Assembly (NCBI GenBank): GCA_026770705.1
Contig: JANJGN010000004.1
Location: 145,328,001 to 145,392,000, forward strand
DNA: 64,000 nt
Direction: 5' to 3'
Source: Isurus oxyrinchus
Lineage: Eukaryota
A program made the position numbers and the translations under genes. The notes under the pieces were generated by a model. It did no database searches, was not told the origin of the DNA, and saw nothing but the letters and a program-made list of their open reading frames with translations. Below are positions 37,186 through 50,761 of the stretch, one piece after another; positions within the stretch are counted from its first letter, which is position 1, and every line of letters begins with the position of its first letter.

Positions 37186-38074
37186 TGGTTTGAGAAATGG
37201 AATCCTGCAACAGAAGTGATTTACAGATATGGCCCCCAGTATTAGTCACACCATTCTCATAAGTGCTATCACAATCCTGCTCCTTATTTCTTTGAAAAGT
37301 AAAAATTACTTTTGTAATGTTATCAAATGGATGTTTAAAAAAGTCCCCACAAGGGAGTGTTGACCATTCCCTGACAGAAGCAAGCTGTCATCAGAAGAGA
37401 CCCACCTTAATCCCAAAATTCACTATAGAACATACTCATGTTGCATCTAGGAGAAGTGCTAGAATAAGAGAAAGAAAGGCACATTTGAACACGTAAGGTG
37501 GACTTGTGTTCACTTTGAACTTTGTTGTATTACAACAGTGTGTGCACTTATACCATGTTTTCTGCTTGATTGAGGTTAAATTCACAAAGAAAGGATGATT
37601 TGATGCCAACTTATTCAAGTTGCTAATTCTTATTCTCTAGTCATGTGAACCCAGAAGTCAAGTGTGTTGTCCTGCTTTCATGTGGTTACTAGATTGAAAG
37701 ATTGGTCCTTTATTTGAAGGTGGGGATAAGAACTTAACAGAGAGTGACTAAGGTAATTGTGTTAAACTGAGAAGAAGATATCAGTGATCAGATATACTCT
37801 GATGCCTCTTGCAGTTGTTACCACCATGTTCCCTGAGTGACAGCCCTAGTGATGCTCCCCTACAAATACTTCTGTCTCCAAATTGCCATAGCAAATCCTC
37901 TGCAAACTGTTCAAATCAGGCTTTCTTGTAATTTAAAATTGTGAGCACACTGGACAGTGTGACATGTGAGTAAGAGCACATTGCAATTCTTTTTCTACTT
38001 GCCCATGCAACAAATTGTTCCTTGAAGACTTCAATAATCACTTCTTTTTAGTGTGTATATTTGTGATTTATATA

Positions 38075-38470
38075 AAATCATAGAGGGAGGTGTGTTGAAA
38101 TTTTCAGAAGGTGCTAAAGTAGAAGATATGGTTAATTCTTTAGAAGTCTAAAGGGAGTTGCAAAGGATAATTGATAAGACAGGGAATGCTAAAAACATGT
38201 TAGATGGAATTTTATATCAGTGACTGTGAGCTGATGCATGTTTGTAAAAAGAAGCAGCAATTATACTCTGAATGACAGTAGCATTGATGCTGGGGAAGAG
38301 CAGAAGGATTTGAGAGTTCAGATACACAGGCATTAAAGACGGTACCTCAGGTTGATAAATTATAAAAATAATGGATTTCTAACTTATTGCAAGAGGTATA
38401 GAATTCAAAAGCCTCAAGATAGTAATGAGTCTATATAAAACCTTAAGACATCAGTTAGAGTTCTTGAAAT
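38075..38470 (+). mobile_element. Old CR1 RT fragment
   Basis: Degenerate KF..AK, CELMH, EEQKDLRVQIH and ARGIEFKS motifs. Confidence 0.6.
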
Positions 38471-39585
38471 ATTTTTTTTATCACGATTAGATGTTTTATT
38501 TATTTGCTCAAAATTAATAAGGTCCTTGAAAGATAAAGGTCAATTGTTGATAATTTATTAAGCAGACAGTTCATGCAGTAGTAATTAACCATATACATAA
38601 AAGATAGTACTCACAGCCAGGTCAAATGTTATAAGTTGCAAGAAATAAAGAGAAAAATAAGATTGGCAAAGAGAGAATATGACAGTAGAATAGTGATGAA
38701 CATAAAAGGTGACCCAAAAATCTTCTAAAAGCATATAAGTAGGAAGTGGGTAATAAGAGGTGAAGTGGATCCTGTTAGGGACAAAGAGGGTAATATAGGC
38801 TTAGAGGTGCAGGGCAAGGCTAGAATACTTAATATGTACTTTGTATCATTGTTTGCAATGGAATAGGAATCTGACAAAGTATTGATAGAAGTGGAGAATG
38901 TGGAGGTAATGGACGTGGTGAAAATTGAGAGGAAGAAGATACTGCAAACACTGGTTATGCTTAGAGTGGATTAGTCACCTGGTCTAGATGGTTTGTATTC
39001 CAGATTGCTAAAGAAAGAGGAGGCGTAGATAGCAGTAAGGTTTACCATTATCCTCCAATCTTATCGAGATAGGGGGAGGTGACAGAGGACTGGAGAGCGG
39101 TAACTGTGGCACCTATATTTAAGAAAGGTTGTAATGCAATCTTAGCAACTAGTTAGTTTAAACTCAGCAGTGAGTGAGGTTTCAGAAACGGGTTTTTAGA
39201 GAAAAAAAATCAACAAGTACTTGGAGCGTTTTCAATTAATTAAGGATAACCAGCATTGGTTTGTAAAAGGCAAATCGTGCTTGACTAATCTAATTGAATT
39301 TTTTGATTAAGTAACAGAGAAGGTTGAAGGGAATGCAATGGATGTTGTCTATTTGGATTTTAAGAAAGTGTTTGACAAAATACCACATACAAGGCGGATT
39401 AAAAAAGTTGTGGCTCATGGAATAGGAAGTTCAGCATCAACTTGGGTTAAAAGAAAATAGTTTAAGAATGGAAAAGTGAGTCATGGCTATTGTTCACTCT
39501 GGAGGATGGTAGAAGCTATGTTCCCCAAACGCCAGTCTTAGAACTTCATTTGAGATACATATAAATGACTTGGATATTGGAATAG

Positions 39586-40522
39586 TGTTTGGAAATAGAT
39601 ATAGGTTATTAAGTTATATTGGTATGTGTGGCCATTAGGAATGTGTTTTAGCTTTAAAGTTTCAGTTTGATTTGTATATCTCTATCTGTGTGTTAAGAAA
39701 GGTCAAATGGGGTTGTGGTTTCACTTTCAAAAGGTGTTTACATTTCTAATGAGGTGTTTTACGACTTCTAAAAAGGGAAACAAACAAGGGCAGGATAACT
39801 GCCTAGCAACAGGGGACCAGAGAAGCAGGCCCCTCCCACAGCCACATACCAAAACAAAAAGACAGCAGTTTGATTTAGAAACTGTTGGAGTTCAGCTGGT
39901 TTGTAAGACAGCTGCCAAACAGAAACCATGTAGAGTGGACAGATAGCCAGTCCAAAGCTAAAGAAAAAAACCCAAAAATCCAGGGAAATGGAAGAGGGGA
40001 AAGTCCCAAGAAGACCTTCTGGTCAAAGGATGGACAGGAACCTGGAAAAGGCCCTGTTATGTGAAGTTAAGGTTAAGGGGCAGAGAGAAAGGCTCATGCT
40101 TCAGATTTAAAGCAGAAAGCAAGAGAACAGCTTGCAAGAGGCATGAAGGTCCGAAGAGGCAACTGAAGGTCTGTAACTCTTTGCTATGGGCATGTGAAGC
40201 AGTGGTACTGTTGACAGCTGAGTTGGCGAGAGAAAGTGCATGGAAGACAGTTTGAATGCACGTGGTGACCCAGGGAAGAGGAAAATCAGAAGGAGAATTC
40301 TAAACCCTAGAGGTGAACCATTACAGAAGGTTTCTGAGACAAAGTGTTGGTTTGGGAAAAGATTCCAAAGTGACTTCTTGAAAGAACAGCTGACTCCTGT
40401 GACTCTGTTCAGTAGCTACTCTCCACATATCTAAACAAACAAATAAAAGTTGGGATCTATAAAGCCAGGTTCCACCATGGGAATAGGCTTACCCAGGGGT
40501 AATCTCAGCTGGGATCGTAACA
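39586..40522 (+). mobile_element. Solo LTR (family A)
   Basis: TG...CA termini; near-TSD atag/atgg; interrupts CR1 between INDLD and KFANDT. Confidence 0.8.
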
Positions 40523-40719
40523 ATGGAGAGAAAAAGAATTCAAAATTTGCCAATGACACCAACTTGGAGGAAGGATAAACAGTTAGGATCATAATAAGTA
40601 ACTGCAACAGGACATACATAGGCTAGCAGAAGTGGGTAGGCAAGTGACGGAGAGAATTTAATACGGGGAAGTGTGCAGTGATGCAGGTTGACAGAAGGGA
40701 TAGGGAAAGGCCATATAGA

Positions 40720-43700
40720 AACTTGGAAACATAGAAAAAAGGGGCAGGAGTAGGCCATTCGGCCCTTTGAGCCCACTCCGCCATTCATCATGATCATGGC
40801 TGATCATTCAACTCAATAGCCTGCTCCCGCTTTCTCCCCATATCCTTTGATCCCTTTCATCCCAAGAGCTATATCTAACTCCTTCTTGAAAACATACAAT
40901 GTTTTGGCCTCAACTACTTTCTGTGGTAGCAAATTCCACAGGCTCACCACTCCCTGGGTGAAGAAATTTCCCCTCATCTCAGTCCTAAATGGTCTACCCT
41001 GTGTCCTCAGACTGTGACCCCTGGTTCTGGACTCCCCCACCATCAGGAACATCCTTCCTGCATCTATCCTGTCTAGTCCTGTTAGAAATTTATAGGCTTC
41101 TATGAGATCCCCCCTCATTCTTCTGAACTCCAGGGAATATAATCCTGACTGACTCTCCTCATATGTTAGTCCCGCCATCCCAGGAATCAGTCTGGTAAAC
41201 CTTCGCTGCAGTCCCTCTATAGCAAGAACATCCTTCCTCAGGTAAGGATTCCAAAACTGCACACAATATTCCAGGTGTGGTCTCACCAAGGCCCTGTATA
41301 ATTGCAGCAAGGCATCCCTATTCCTGTACTCGAATCCTCTCACTATGAAGGCCAGTTTAACATTTGCCTTCTTTACTGCCTGCTGCACCTGCATGCTTAC
41401 CTTCAGCGACTGGTGTACGAGGACACCAGGACTCATTGCACATTCCCCTCTCTCAATTTATAGCCATTCAGATAATAATCTGCCTTCCTATTTTTGCTAC
41501 CAAAATGAATAACCTCATATTTACCCACATTATACTGCATCTGCCATGCATCGGCCCACTCACTCAGCTTGTCCAAATCACACTGAAGCATCTCTGCATC
41601 CTCCTCACAGCTCAGCCTCCTCCCCAACTTTGTGTCATCTGCAAATTTGGAGATATTACATTTAGTTTCCTCATATAAATCATTATAATATATTGTGAAT
41701 AGGTGGGGTCCCAGCACCGATCCCTGCGGTACCCCACTAGTCACTGCCTGCCATTCAGAAAAAGACCCATTTATTCCTACTCTTTGTTTCCTGTCTGCCA
41801 ACCAGTTTTCTATCCATCTCAATACACTACTCCCAATCCCATGCACTTTAATTTTACACACTAATCTTTTATGTGGGACTTTGTCGAAAGCCTTCTGAAA
41901 GTCCAAATGAAATATATCCACTGGCTCCACCTCATCAACACTACTAGTTACGTTCTCGAAAAATTCCAGTAGATTTGTCAAGCATGATTTCCCTTTCGTA
42001 AAACCATGCTGACTCTGTCCGATTCTGCCACTGTTTTCCAAGTGCTCAGCTGTTAAATGTTTTATAATGAATTCTAGAATTTTCCCCACCACCGACATTA
42101 GGCTGACTGCTCTATAATTCCCTGTTTTCTCTCTACCTCCCCTTTTAAATACTGGGGTTACATTAGCTACCCTCCAATCTGTAGGAACTGTTCCAGAGTC
42201 TATAGAATCTCGGAAGATGACCAGCAACGCATCCACTATTTCTAGGGCCACTTCCTTAAGCACTCTGAGATGTAGATTATCAGGCCCTGGGGATTCGTCT
42301 GCCTTCAATCCCATCAATTTCCCCAACACCATTTCCCTACTAATACTGATTTCTTTCAGTTCCTCCCTCTCACTAAACTCTGTGTTCCCCAACATTTCTG
42401 GTATGTTATTTGTGTCCTCCTTTGTGAAGACAGAAGTTGGTCAGCCATTTTTTGTTCCCCATTATAAATTCCCATGTTTCTGACTGTAAGGGACCTACAT
42501 TTGTCTTCACTAATCTTTTTCTCTTCACATACCTATAGGAACTTTTACAGTCAGTTTTTATGTTCCCTGCAAGCTTACTCTCGTACTCTATTTTCCCCTT
42601 CTTAATCAATCCCTTGGTCCTCCTTTGTTGAATTCTAGACTGCTCCCAATCCTCAGGTCTGTTGTTTTTTCTGGCCAATTTGTATGCCTATTCCTTGGAT
42701 CTCATACTATCTCTAAATTCCCTTGTAAGCCATGGTTTGGCCACCTTTCCTGTTTTACTTTTGCGCCTTACAGGAAAATAAACAATTGTTGCAGTTCACC
42801 TGTGCGCTCTTTGAATGTTTGCCATTGACTATCCACTGTCACACCTTTCAATAAAGTTTCCCAATCCATCATAGCCAACTCACACCTCATCCCATCATAG
42901 TTTCCTTTATTAAGATTCAGGACCCTAGCCTCAGAATCAATTACATCACCCTCCAACTTGATGAAGAATTCTATCATATTATGGTCGCTCATCCCCAAGA
43001 GGCCTCGCACAACTAGATTGCCAATTATTCCTTTCTCATTACACAACACCCAGTCGAGGATGGCCTGTTCTCCAGTTGGTTCCTCAATGAATTGGTCCAG
43101 AAAACCATCCCATATACAGTCCAGGAATTCCTCCTCTACGGTATTGTTACTAATTTGATTTGTCCAATCTATATGCAGATTAAAGTCACCCATAATTACA
43201 GATGTTCCTTTCTTGTTTAATGCCATTCCCAACATCACCACTACAGTTTGGGGGTCTATATACAACCCCCACTAACATTTTTTGCCCCTTAGTGTTTCTC
43301 AGTTCTACCCATGCAGATTCCACATCATCGGAGCTAATATCTTTCCTCACTATTGCATTAATTTCCTCTTTAAGCAGCAATGCAACTCCACCACCTTTTC
43401 TTTTTTGTCTGTCTTTCCTAAATACTGAATACCCCTGGATGTTCAGTTCCCATCCCTGGTCACCCTGCAGCCATGTCTCCGTAATCCCAAATATATCATA
43501 CCTGTTTACATCTATTTGTACAATTAATTCATCTACTTTATTGCAAATGCTTCTCGCGTAGAGGCACAAAGCCTTAAAACTTGTCTTTTTAACATTACTT
43601 GTCCTGTTCCCACTATTTTTCACTGAGGCCGTTTGATTCTTGCCCTTGATTTCTCTGCCTATCACTTTTCTTATTCCCCTTTCTGTCTTTTGTTCTTGTC

Positions 43701-43813
43701 CTTGATTCCCCCTCTTCTGACTCCTTGCATAGGTTCCCATCCCCCTGCCATTTTAGTTAAAACCCTCCCCAGCCACTCTAGCAAATATTCCCCCAAGGAC
43801 ATCAGTCCTGGTC
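40720..43813 (-). mobile_element. Best-preserved CR1 LINE: near-complete ORF2 (APE endonuclease plus RT), frameshifted
   Basis: ORFs 43186..43740 (GITETWL, YRPP), 42768..43265 (GDFN, SDHN), 41433..42395 ([17 protein letters not shown]) and 40813..41436; 3' tail at ~40720-40810. Confidence 0.96.
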
Positions 43814-44271
43814 ATAATCTATATGCTTAATACAGCAATTCTAAAGAGTGTGCAAGGACAGAGGGACCTGGGGGTGCATGTGCATAGATCTTTGAAGGTG
43901 GTAGGACATATTGAGAGGATGGTTGGCAAAGCATAAGATATCTTAGATTCATGAATGAGTACAAGAGTAAGGAAGTTATACTGAAACTTCATAAAGCTCT
44001 GGTTCCATCATAAATAAAGTATTGCATCCAGTTCTGGTCATCACATTTTAGGAAGGATGTGAGACTCCTTGATAGGATGCAGAGGAGATTTATCAGAAGG
44101 GTTCCAGTGATGGAGGATTTTAGCTACAAGGGTTAGGTTGGAGAAACTGAGGTTGTTCTCCTTGGAGCAAAGGAGAGTGAGGGGGATTTGATAGAGATGT
44201 GCAAGGTGCTGACAGTTTTGGACAGATAGACAAGGAAAACCTATTCCCATTAGTTAAGGGAACAAGGAACT

Positions 44272-47200
44272 TGTAGTAATTGTAAGTTCAGCCTTTCATA
44301 CTGTTATGGGGGTCATGTGACTATATAGACGAATTAGCCCTAAGCGAGGGTAATCTTAGAGGCGGAGTTTGCTAGCCTTGGTCTTGGAACAAGTATGTAG
44401 TTTCATCAGGAGCTCTGTAAGTAAACTTTACTGTATCTTACAAGAAAACTGCCCTGCATTCCAGGTTTATTACAATTGGTGATGAGGATGAGATAGCTCC
44501 AGTGCTGCACCTTGCTTCTTGACTGAGTATTTTGATTTTTTAAGGAAGAAAAGAAAAAAGTATACTCACCAGCAATGCCTCTCTTCAGTAGAATTGACCT
44601 GTATGACTCATCGACTGCAGACTGGAGTACATAGAGCACCTAGGTTTCTACTTTGTGGCAAATGAAATATCAGTGGAGGAGTAACACAAGGCATTTCTTC
44701 TGAGTGCCTGCGGGAGCAAAGTGTTTACCATAATCCATAACCTGAATGCTCCGAATGCGCTTAATTCCAAATCCTTCACCAAGCTTGTAGACCTCATGAA
44801 GGCACACGTTCAGCCTAAACCATCAGTGATCATGCAAATATTCAAGTTAAACTCTAGAGTAAGGACCCCCGTGAGTCAATCATAACGTACATCGCAAAAG
44901 TAAAACAGTTAGCGGAGTATTATGACTTTGGTGATACTCTAAACGATATGTTGCAAGATCATTTGGTTTGTGGTGTACTTGCAGAAGTTGATATAGACCT
45001 GAAGCACGCCATGGAAATAGTGCTAGCAATGGAGAGTGCTGAGAGGGACTTGCAGGCTTTGCAGAGTGTGCACATGGTACTGTTCTGCAGTTAGGTGGGA
45101 AGCTACCACTGGGCGTGGCGCGAAGACCAGGGAGGTGACCGCAAAGTGGGACATGGTCCCAACCACTAGAAAAACAAAAAGGAATATTGAAAGCAGCTCA
45201 CCATGAATCCTGAAATTAAAATAAGTTACTGATATGGGGACAATCATGTACCCAAAACCTGTAGATTTAAAGATGCAGAATTCCTCTACTGTCACAAAAA
45301 AGGGCATGTTGTAAAACAGTGCAGGGCAAGATCAAGGCAGCCATTCAGAAATCAGGCTGAGTTAAATGAAGTGCACAATATAGATGAACCAGAAGCTGCT
45401 GATACTGGCATATATTCCCTACACAATCCTGAGGCCAGGAAAACTGAAGAAATCACTGTTACCCTTCAAGTGATTGGAAAGCCTCTGGTCATGGAAGTTG
45501 ACACAGGAACATTGACCACAGTGGTGGGAGAACACATCTTTAAATATCTCAGAGGAGATATCCAGCCATTGAGTTTGGAACAAACCACAGCTCAGCTGAA
45601 AACATATACTAGACAGGTAATACAGATGAAAGGCATCACTTCTATACCTGTATCCTAAAGGCAGCAGCCAGCCTAGCTGCCAGTAATTGTTGTAACAGGA
45701 GCAGGTCTTAGCCTTCTGGGCTGTGATTGGATGAAGAAGCTGAACTCAACTGGTCAGAAAATGTTCAAGACTACAAACTAAAATATATGTGGACTCTGAA
45801 GCAATACCTCGGTTTTTTAAGACAAGCTTTACGCTCTAAGAAAAAACATAGATGCGGAATCTGCCATTTGGAGAAGTTAGGAATAATCCAGCCAGTCCAA
45901 TTTTCAGAATGGGCAGCACTCATAGTCCCAGTAATAAAACCAGATCAAGCCATTTGCATCTGCGGAGATTATAAATTAACTGTGAACAAGGCTGTGAAAT
46001 TAGATAAATACTCAATCCCAAGGATTGAAGATCTCTATCTTAAACTTGCAGGAAGATTCTACGCTAAATTGGACATGAGCCATACATACAAACAGCTGGA
46101 CCTGAACAATACATCAAGAGGTTATGTTGCCATAAACACACACAAGGGCCTGTACCAATATACACGCCTACCCTTTGGTATATCATCTGCCTGTGCGATT
46201 TTCCAAAGAACCTTGGAAAGCCTACTACAAAGACTTCCCCGAGTTATAGTGTACCTGGTTGACACCCTAATCATGGGATCCATGGAGGCAGAACATTTGA
46301 CCAACCTAGAAGAGGTACTGAAGAGATTTTTGGAAGTTGGTGTATGTTTGAAAAAAAGAAGTGCACTTTCCAAGCAAATGAAGTCACATACCTGGGTCAT
46401 CGAGTGGATGCCCAAGGGTTGCATCCATTAGAGGAGGAAGTCAGGGCAATCAAGGGAGCGCCCTCTCCTACTAAAGTTATGGAGTTCAAGTCTTTTTTGG
46501 GCATGATAAATTACTACGGTCACTTCTTGCCTAATATATCTACATTGTTAGCCCGTTTACACTTATTGTTAAAGAAGAACCACAGATGGTCCTGGAAGGC
46601 ATTGCAAGAGGAAGTATGCACAAAAGTTAAGAAGCTTTTACACTCATTGTGTCTGCTAGCACACAATCACCCATCTAAGGAATTGATACTCACTTGTGAT
46701 GCATCTCCCTACAGAGGGGGAGCAGTATTGTCGCACAAGATGGAGGAAGGATCTGAAAGACCGATAGGCTATGTGCTTTGTACATATAGCCTATGTACTG
46801 ATCGGCATGGTTCTTTGGAAAATCGCACAGGCAGATGACATACTAAAGGGTAGTCCCTTATGAGTATTTATGGTGACATAACCTCTTGGTGTGTTGTTCA
46901 GCGCTAGCTGTTTGAATGCATGCCTCATGTCAAGTTTAGTATAGGGTCTTCCTCATGCAAGAACCCTTTCTACAGCTGAAAAAGGTTGCTCACAAATTGA
47001 AAAAGAGGGCTTATCTATCATATTTGGAGTAAAGAAGTTCCATCAATATTTGTACGATCAACACTTCACCATAGTGTCAGATCACAAGCCACTGTTGAGT
47101 TTGTTTAATGAAGATAAGGCCATCCCACCAATCGCCTTTTCTAGAATTCAAAGATGGGCCTTAATTTTGTCGGCATACGAGTACACTTTTATTAACCGTC

Positions 47201-48462
47201 CTACCGTACATATAGCAAATGCAGATGCCCTCAATCATCTCCCTTTGTCAGATAGCATTATACATGCTCCAGTACCTCAAGAGGTGGTATTTGTGTTGAT
47301 TTTCCTGGACTCCTCACCAGTCTGTGCAAAACAGATAAAGAATTGGACAAATCGGGATCTAATTTTATCAAGAGTCTGTGAACAGATATTGTAAGGATGG
47401 TCAAATGCACACGTTTCTGAAGAATTAAAATCATTCATTGCTTGTAAATCTGAATTGAGTTGTCAAGATGGTATCTTGTTATGGGGAGCAAGAGTCGTTA
47501 TCCCTGTGCAAGGAAGAAAACCACTACTGACAAATCTTCATAGTGCGCATCCTGGTGTTTTGAAAATGAAGGTGCTCGCACAAAGTTATATTTGGTGGTC
47601 AGGTACAGACAGTGATAAAGAAAAAATGGTTGAACACTGTCTCCAGTATCAGCAACAGCAGAAGTTACCCATTTCAGCTCCACTGCATCAGTAGGAGTGG
47701 CCTGGTTTACCCTGGTTTAGACTACATATAGGTGATGTAGGTCCATTTTTAGGTACCATGTTTCTTGTGATCATGGACGCACATTAAAAGTGGATGGATG
47801 CATGTGAAGTGCGATCACCTAAATCGTGTACAACTATTGAAAAGCTGCGCCAATGTTTTACTGTACATGGTCTACCAGAAGTTATTGTGTTGGATAATGC
47901 ACTGCTTTTCCTAGTACTGAATTCCAAAGATTCATGAACCTAAATGGGATTAAACACATCAAAACAGCACCATATCATCCTGCATCCAATGAGTTAGTAG
48001 AAAGAGCACTACAAACCTTTAAAACAGGCATGAAGAAACTATTTGAGGGAATGTTAGGAACATGAATTTCAAGATTTTTGTTCAAATATCGCACAACCCC
48101 TCATGTAACCACAGGGTCAACACCTTCTGAATTGCTAATGAAGTGTCGACTTTGTACAAGATTGATTCTAGTATTCCCTAATTTAGAGGGGAAGATGGAG
48201 AAAAATCAGGGTAGTCAGAAAGTGAAGCACGATGCTCACAGTAAAGGTTGAGAATTTACGGTGGGAGAGACAGTTTTGTACTTTCATATTGTTATGGGGA
48301 TCATGTGACTGTATAGACGAATAAGACCTAAGCACGGGTAATCTTAAGGGAAGAGTTTGTTAGCCTTGGTCTTGGAACAAGCATGTAGTTTCATCAGCAG
48401 CTCTGTAAATAAACTTTACTGTTTCTTACAAGAAACCTGCCCTGCATTCCAAGTTTATTACA
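44272..48462 (+). mobile_element. Gypsy LTR retrotransposon, near full length, decayed (gag-PR-RT-RH-IN)
   Basis: LTRs 44272-44474 and 48281-48462 (the 3' LTR start and PPT are deleted); PBS tggtgatgagg ~44477; gag ATG 44574; PR MEVDTG; RT ICGDYK, RLPFGISSA; RH CDASPY, SDHKPL; IN HPG...C, APYHPASN. Confidence 0.95.
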
Positions 48463-48739
48463 GACTTGTAGGACACAGATTTAAGGTTTTGGGCAAGAGT
48501 TACAGGGGGAATGCGAGGAAGAACATTTATATGCAGGGATTGATAATGACCTGGAACTCACTGCCCACCAAGGAATGACTTCAAATGGAAATTGTATTGG
48601 CACTTGAGGGAAATAAACTTGCAGGGGTACGGGGATGGAGTGACGGAATGGGACTGGCTGGATTGCTCCACAGAGAATCTCATATGCTTGACGGGCCAAA
48701 TGCACACCTTCTGTGCCCTAAATAACTCTGTGGCTCAAT

Positions 48740-49641
48740 GAGTTGGATTTTACAGGCATCACAGTTCCTGGCCCCATGGCTAAAAGGCTGGTGGGCAATC
48801 TGCTCATGATCCTGATGGCTTCCCCGTACCAATTTAATGCTGGGAGTAGTGTTAATTGCTTTAAGGCTAGACTTCCATCCCTTTCACAGGATAAAGTACT
48901 GCGTTAGAAAGTACAGATTGGATTGGTTAGCAGCTCTGTAGTCCCAGCAGCATCTCCGGTAGCCACTGCAGGGGCTAGAGATAGTCGACAATGCAGAGGA
49001 AGCCAGGCTGACAAGTAAATCTGGGGTTAGGGGTTGAAGCAGGGGGGATGATTGGGGCTGAGGGGGTGAGTGGGGCTGAGGGGGTGAGTGGGGTGCCAGG
49101 TTCAAGAGGCCAGGAGTGAGGGTTAAAGGGGGAAATAACCTTGAGGGGGTGGTGCCTTTAATGGGCTGAGGAGACCCTCAAAAGAGGCTAAAAGCAAAAT
49201 ACTGTGGATGCTGGAAATCTGAAATAAAATCTGAAAATGTTGGAAAAACTCAGCAGGCTTGACAGCATCTGTGGAGAGAGAAACAGAGTTAACATTTCGA
49301 GTCTGTATGACTCTTCTTCAAAACCAAAAGAGGCTCCCCCTGACACTAGCCTGAGCAACCAAAGCTGCCAGGTTTCCAGTATGGCATTGGCCTCTCCCAG
49401 CACAGGTAAAATAAATGTGGGGGCCGGATGAGGCCCTTAAATGGCCATTAATTGGCCACTTACTCAAATAGGCCCAAGGGCTGGTGGGCCGGGGGGGTGG
49501 GGCATACCACCCAATGCCTCGCCCTCCTCCCATCCCTGTAAAATTTCATATAGGTAGGGGGCGGGTGTAGATGGTGGGAAGGCCACCCACTGAACTTTAC
49601 TTGCCCCCCGCACCTTCAAACATGAGTGTAAAATCTAGCCC
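48740..49641. mobile_element. Harbinger-type MITE (~0.77 kb plus nested insert)
   Basis: TIRs gagttggatttta / taaaatctagccc; aat/tat near-TSD. Confidence 0.7.
49190..49324 (-). mobile_element. Penelope-type short insert with degenerate hammerhead motif
   Basis: Perfect 11-bp TSD caaaagaggct (49179-89 / 49325-35); minus strand TTGAAGA-a-gagtc-ataca-gactc-GAAATGTTAACT. Confidence 0.8.
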
Positions 49642-49949
49642 TATGACTAACCATAGCTGATGGTTGGCAATGTTAATGCATTAGAACCCTAATAGTTTTT
49701 ATACAATTCTTTCTTCTGACTACGTGACGGTTCATATATTTCTGCAATAAATTATTGCACAAAAAATAAAACACAACTTAATTTGAGAAGGATTTAATTG
49801 AACTGTCCCTTGTGGCTAACTTTATTTAATAAACTGGTTTCCTTACTTAACAATCTCTTTATCTGTTGGGTTAATGAGATTGTTATAACTCCTTTACTTC
49901 ATTATCTTATCGATATTTTCATTCTTCTTACATATAAATGATAAAGAAA

Positions 49950-50160
49950 AACTAGCAATTCTATAGTGCCTTTCATGAACATCGGATATCCCAAAGCTTT
50001 TTACAGTTAATTAAGTACTTTAGAAATGTAGTCACTGGAAATGTGGCAGCCACAGCAAGCTCGCAAAAATAGCAAAGTGATCAAGACCAGATAATCTGTT
50101 TTTGTGATATTGGTTGATGGATATGTATTGGCCAGGACACTGGGGATAACTTCCCTGAAA
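49950..50160 (-). mobile_element. Deu-domain SINE fragment
   Basis: gaccagataatctgtttttgtgatattggttga...tattggccaggacactgggg; reverse complement resembles 55-250. Confidence 0.6.
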
Positions 50161-50169
50161 CACTCAATT

Positions 50170-50500
50170 ATGGTGCTATACTGTGGTTATGTTACTGCTC
50201 CAGTAACTGAGAGATCTGGACTATTAATTAAGAGAATGCAAGTTCAAATCTCACTTTATCAGTTTGAGAAGTGAAATCAAATATCTGAAAATAAAGAGCT
50301 GGTGTCGGGAAATGTGAAATTGTCAGATTAGCATAAAAACTCAAACAGAAAGGAAACCTTGCCTGATCTCTAAGATCCTATAACCCAAACCATTGTGATT
50401 AACTTTTATCTGCTCCTGAAGTGGTTTAGGATGCCATTCAGTTGTATCAAACATTGCATTCTCAGGGGAAGCAAAGGCTGACAAAATAATTGATTTTGGC
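50170..50500 (+). mobile_element. Old tRNA-headed SINE
   Basis: A-box-like tggtgctatactgtgg and B-box-like gttcaaatc; body and tail resemble shark SINEs sharing the second LINE lineage's tail. Confidence 0.45.
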
Positions 50501-50761
50501 AACTTCACCTATATTCTGAGAACGAATACTAAAAAAAAAGCTATTGTTTGTCCTCCAAGGCAAAGGTGACCATGTTCATTATCTGGGGTGGTTGGTAGGG
50601 TTCCCATTGATATGTAGGTGACAGCTAAGGCTGACCTGCACCGAGAAGGTTCTGCTGCAAATAGGATAGGACAACACAGATAATTGAATTTTGGATGAGT
50701 TGCTGGCCTGGAATTCCCCCTCCTGGTGTTTTCTCTCTGCCTCTGATATGTGCTTACTTTC

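Larger units (their letters stand above)
38600..48735 (+). mobile_element. Old CR1 ORF2 to 3' end, broken into four pieces (38600-39585, 40523-40720, 43814-44271, 48463-48735)
   Basis: Consecutive CR1 motifs resume after each insertion: QHWFVKGKSCLTNLIEFF, YLDFKK, INDLD | KFANDT | QRDLGVHVH | GHRFKV...WNSLP, then 3' tail. Confidence 0.8.

Noticed and set aside
41433-42395. Longest ORF (320 aa) as a functional gene or active RT
   Set aside because: Fragment of CR1 ORF2 bounded by frameshifts; the element lacks ORF1 and the 5' UTR
49053-49095. G-quadruplex-capable 18-bp tandem duplication (ggggctgagggggtgagt)
   Set aside because: Local slippage inside a MITE; no evidence of function
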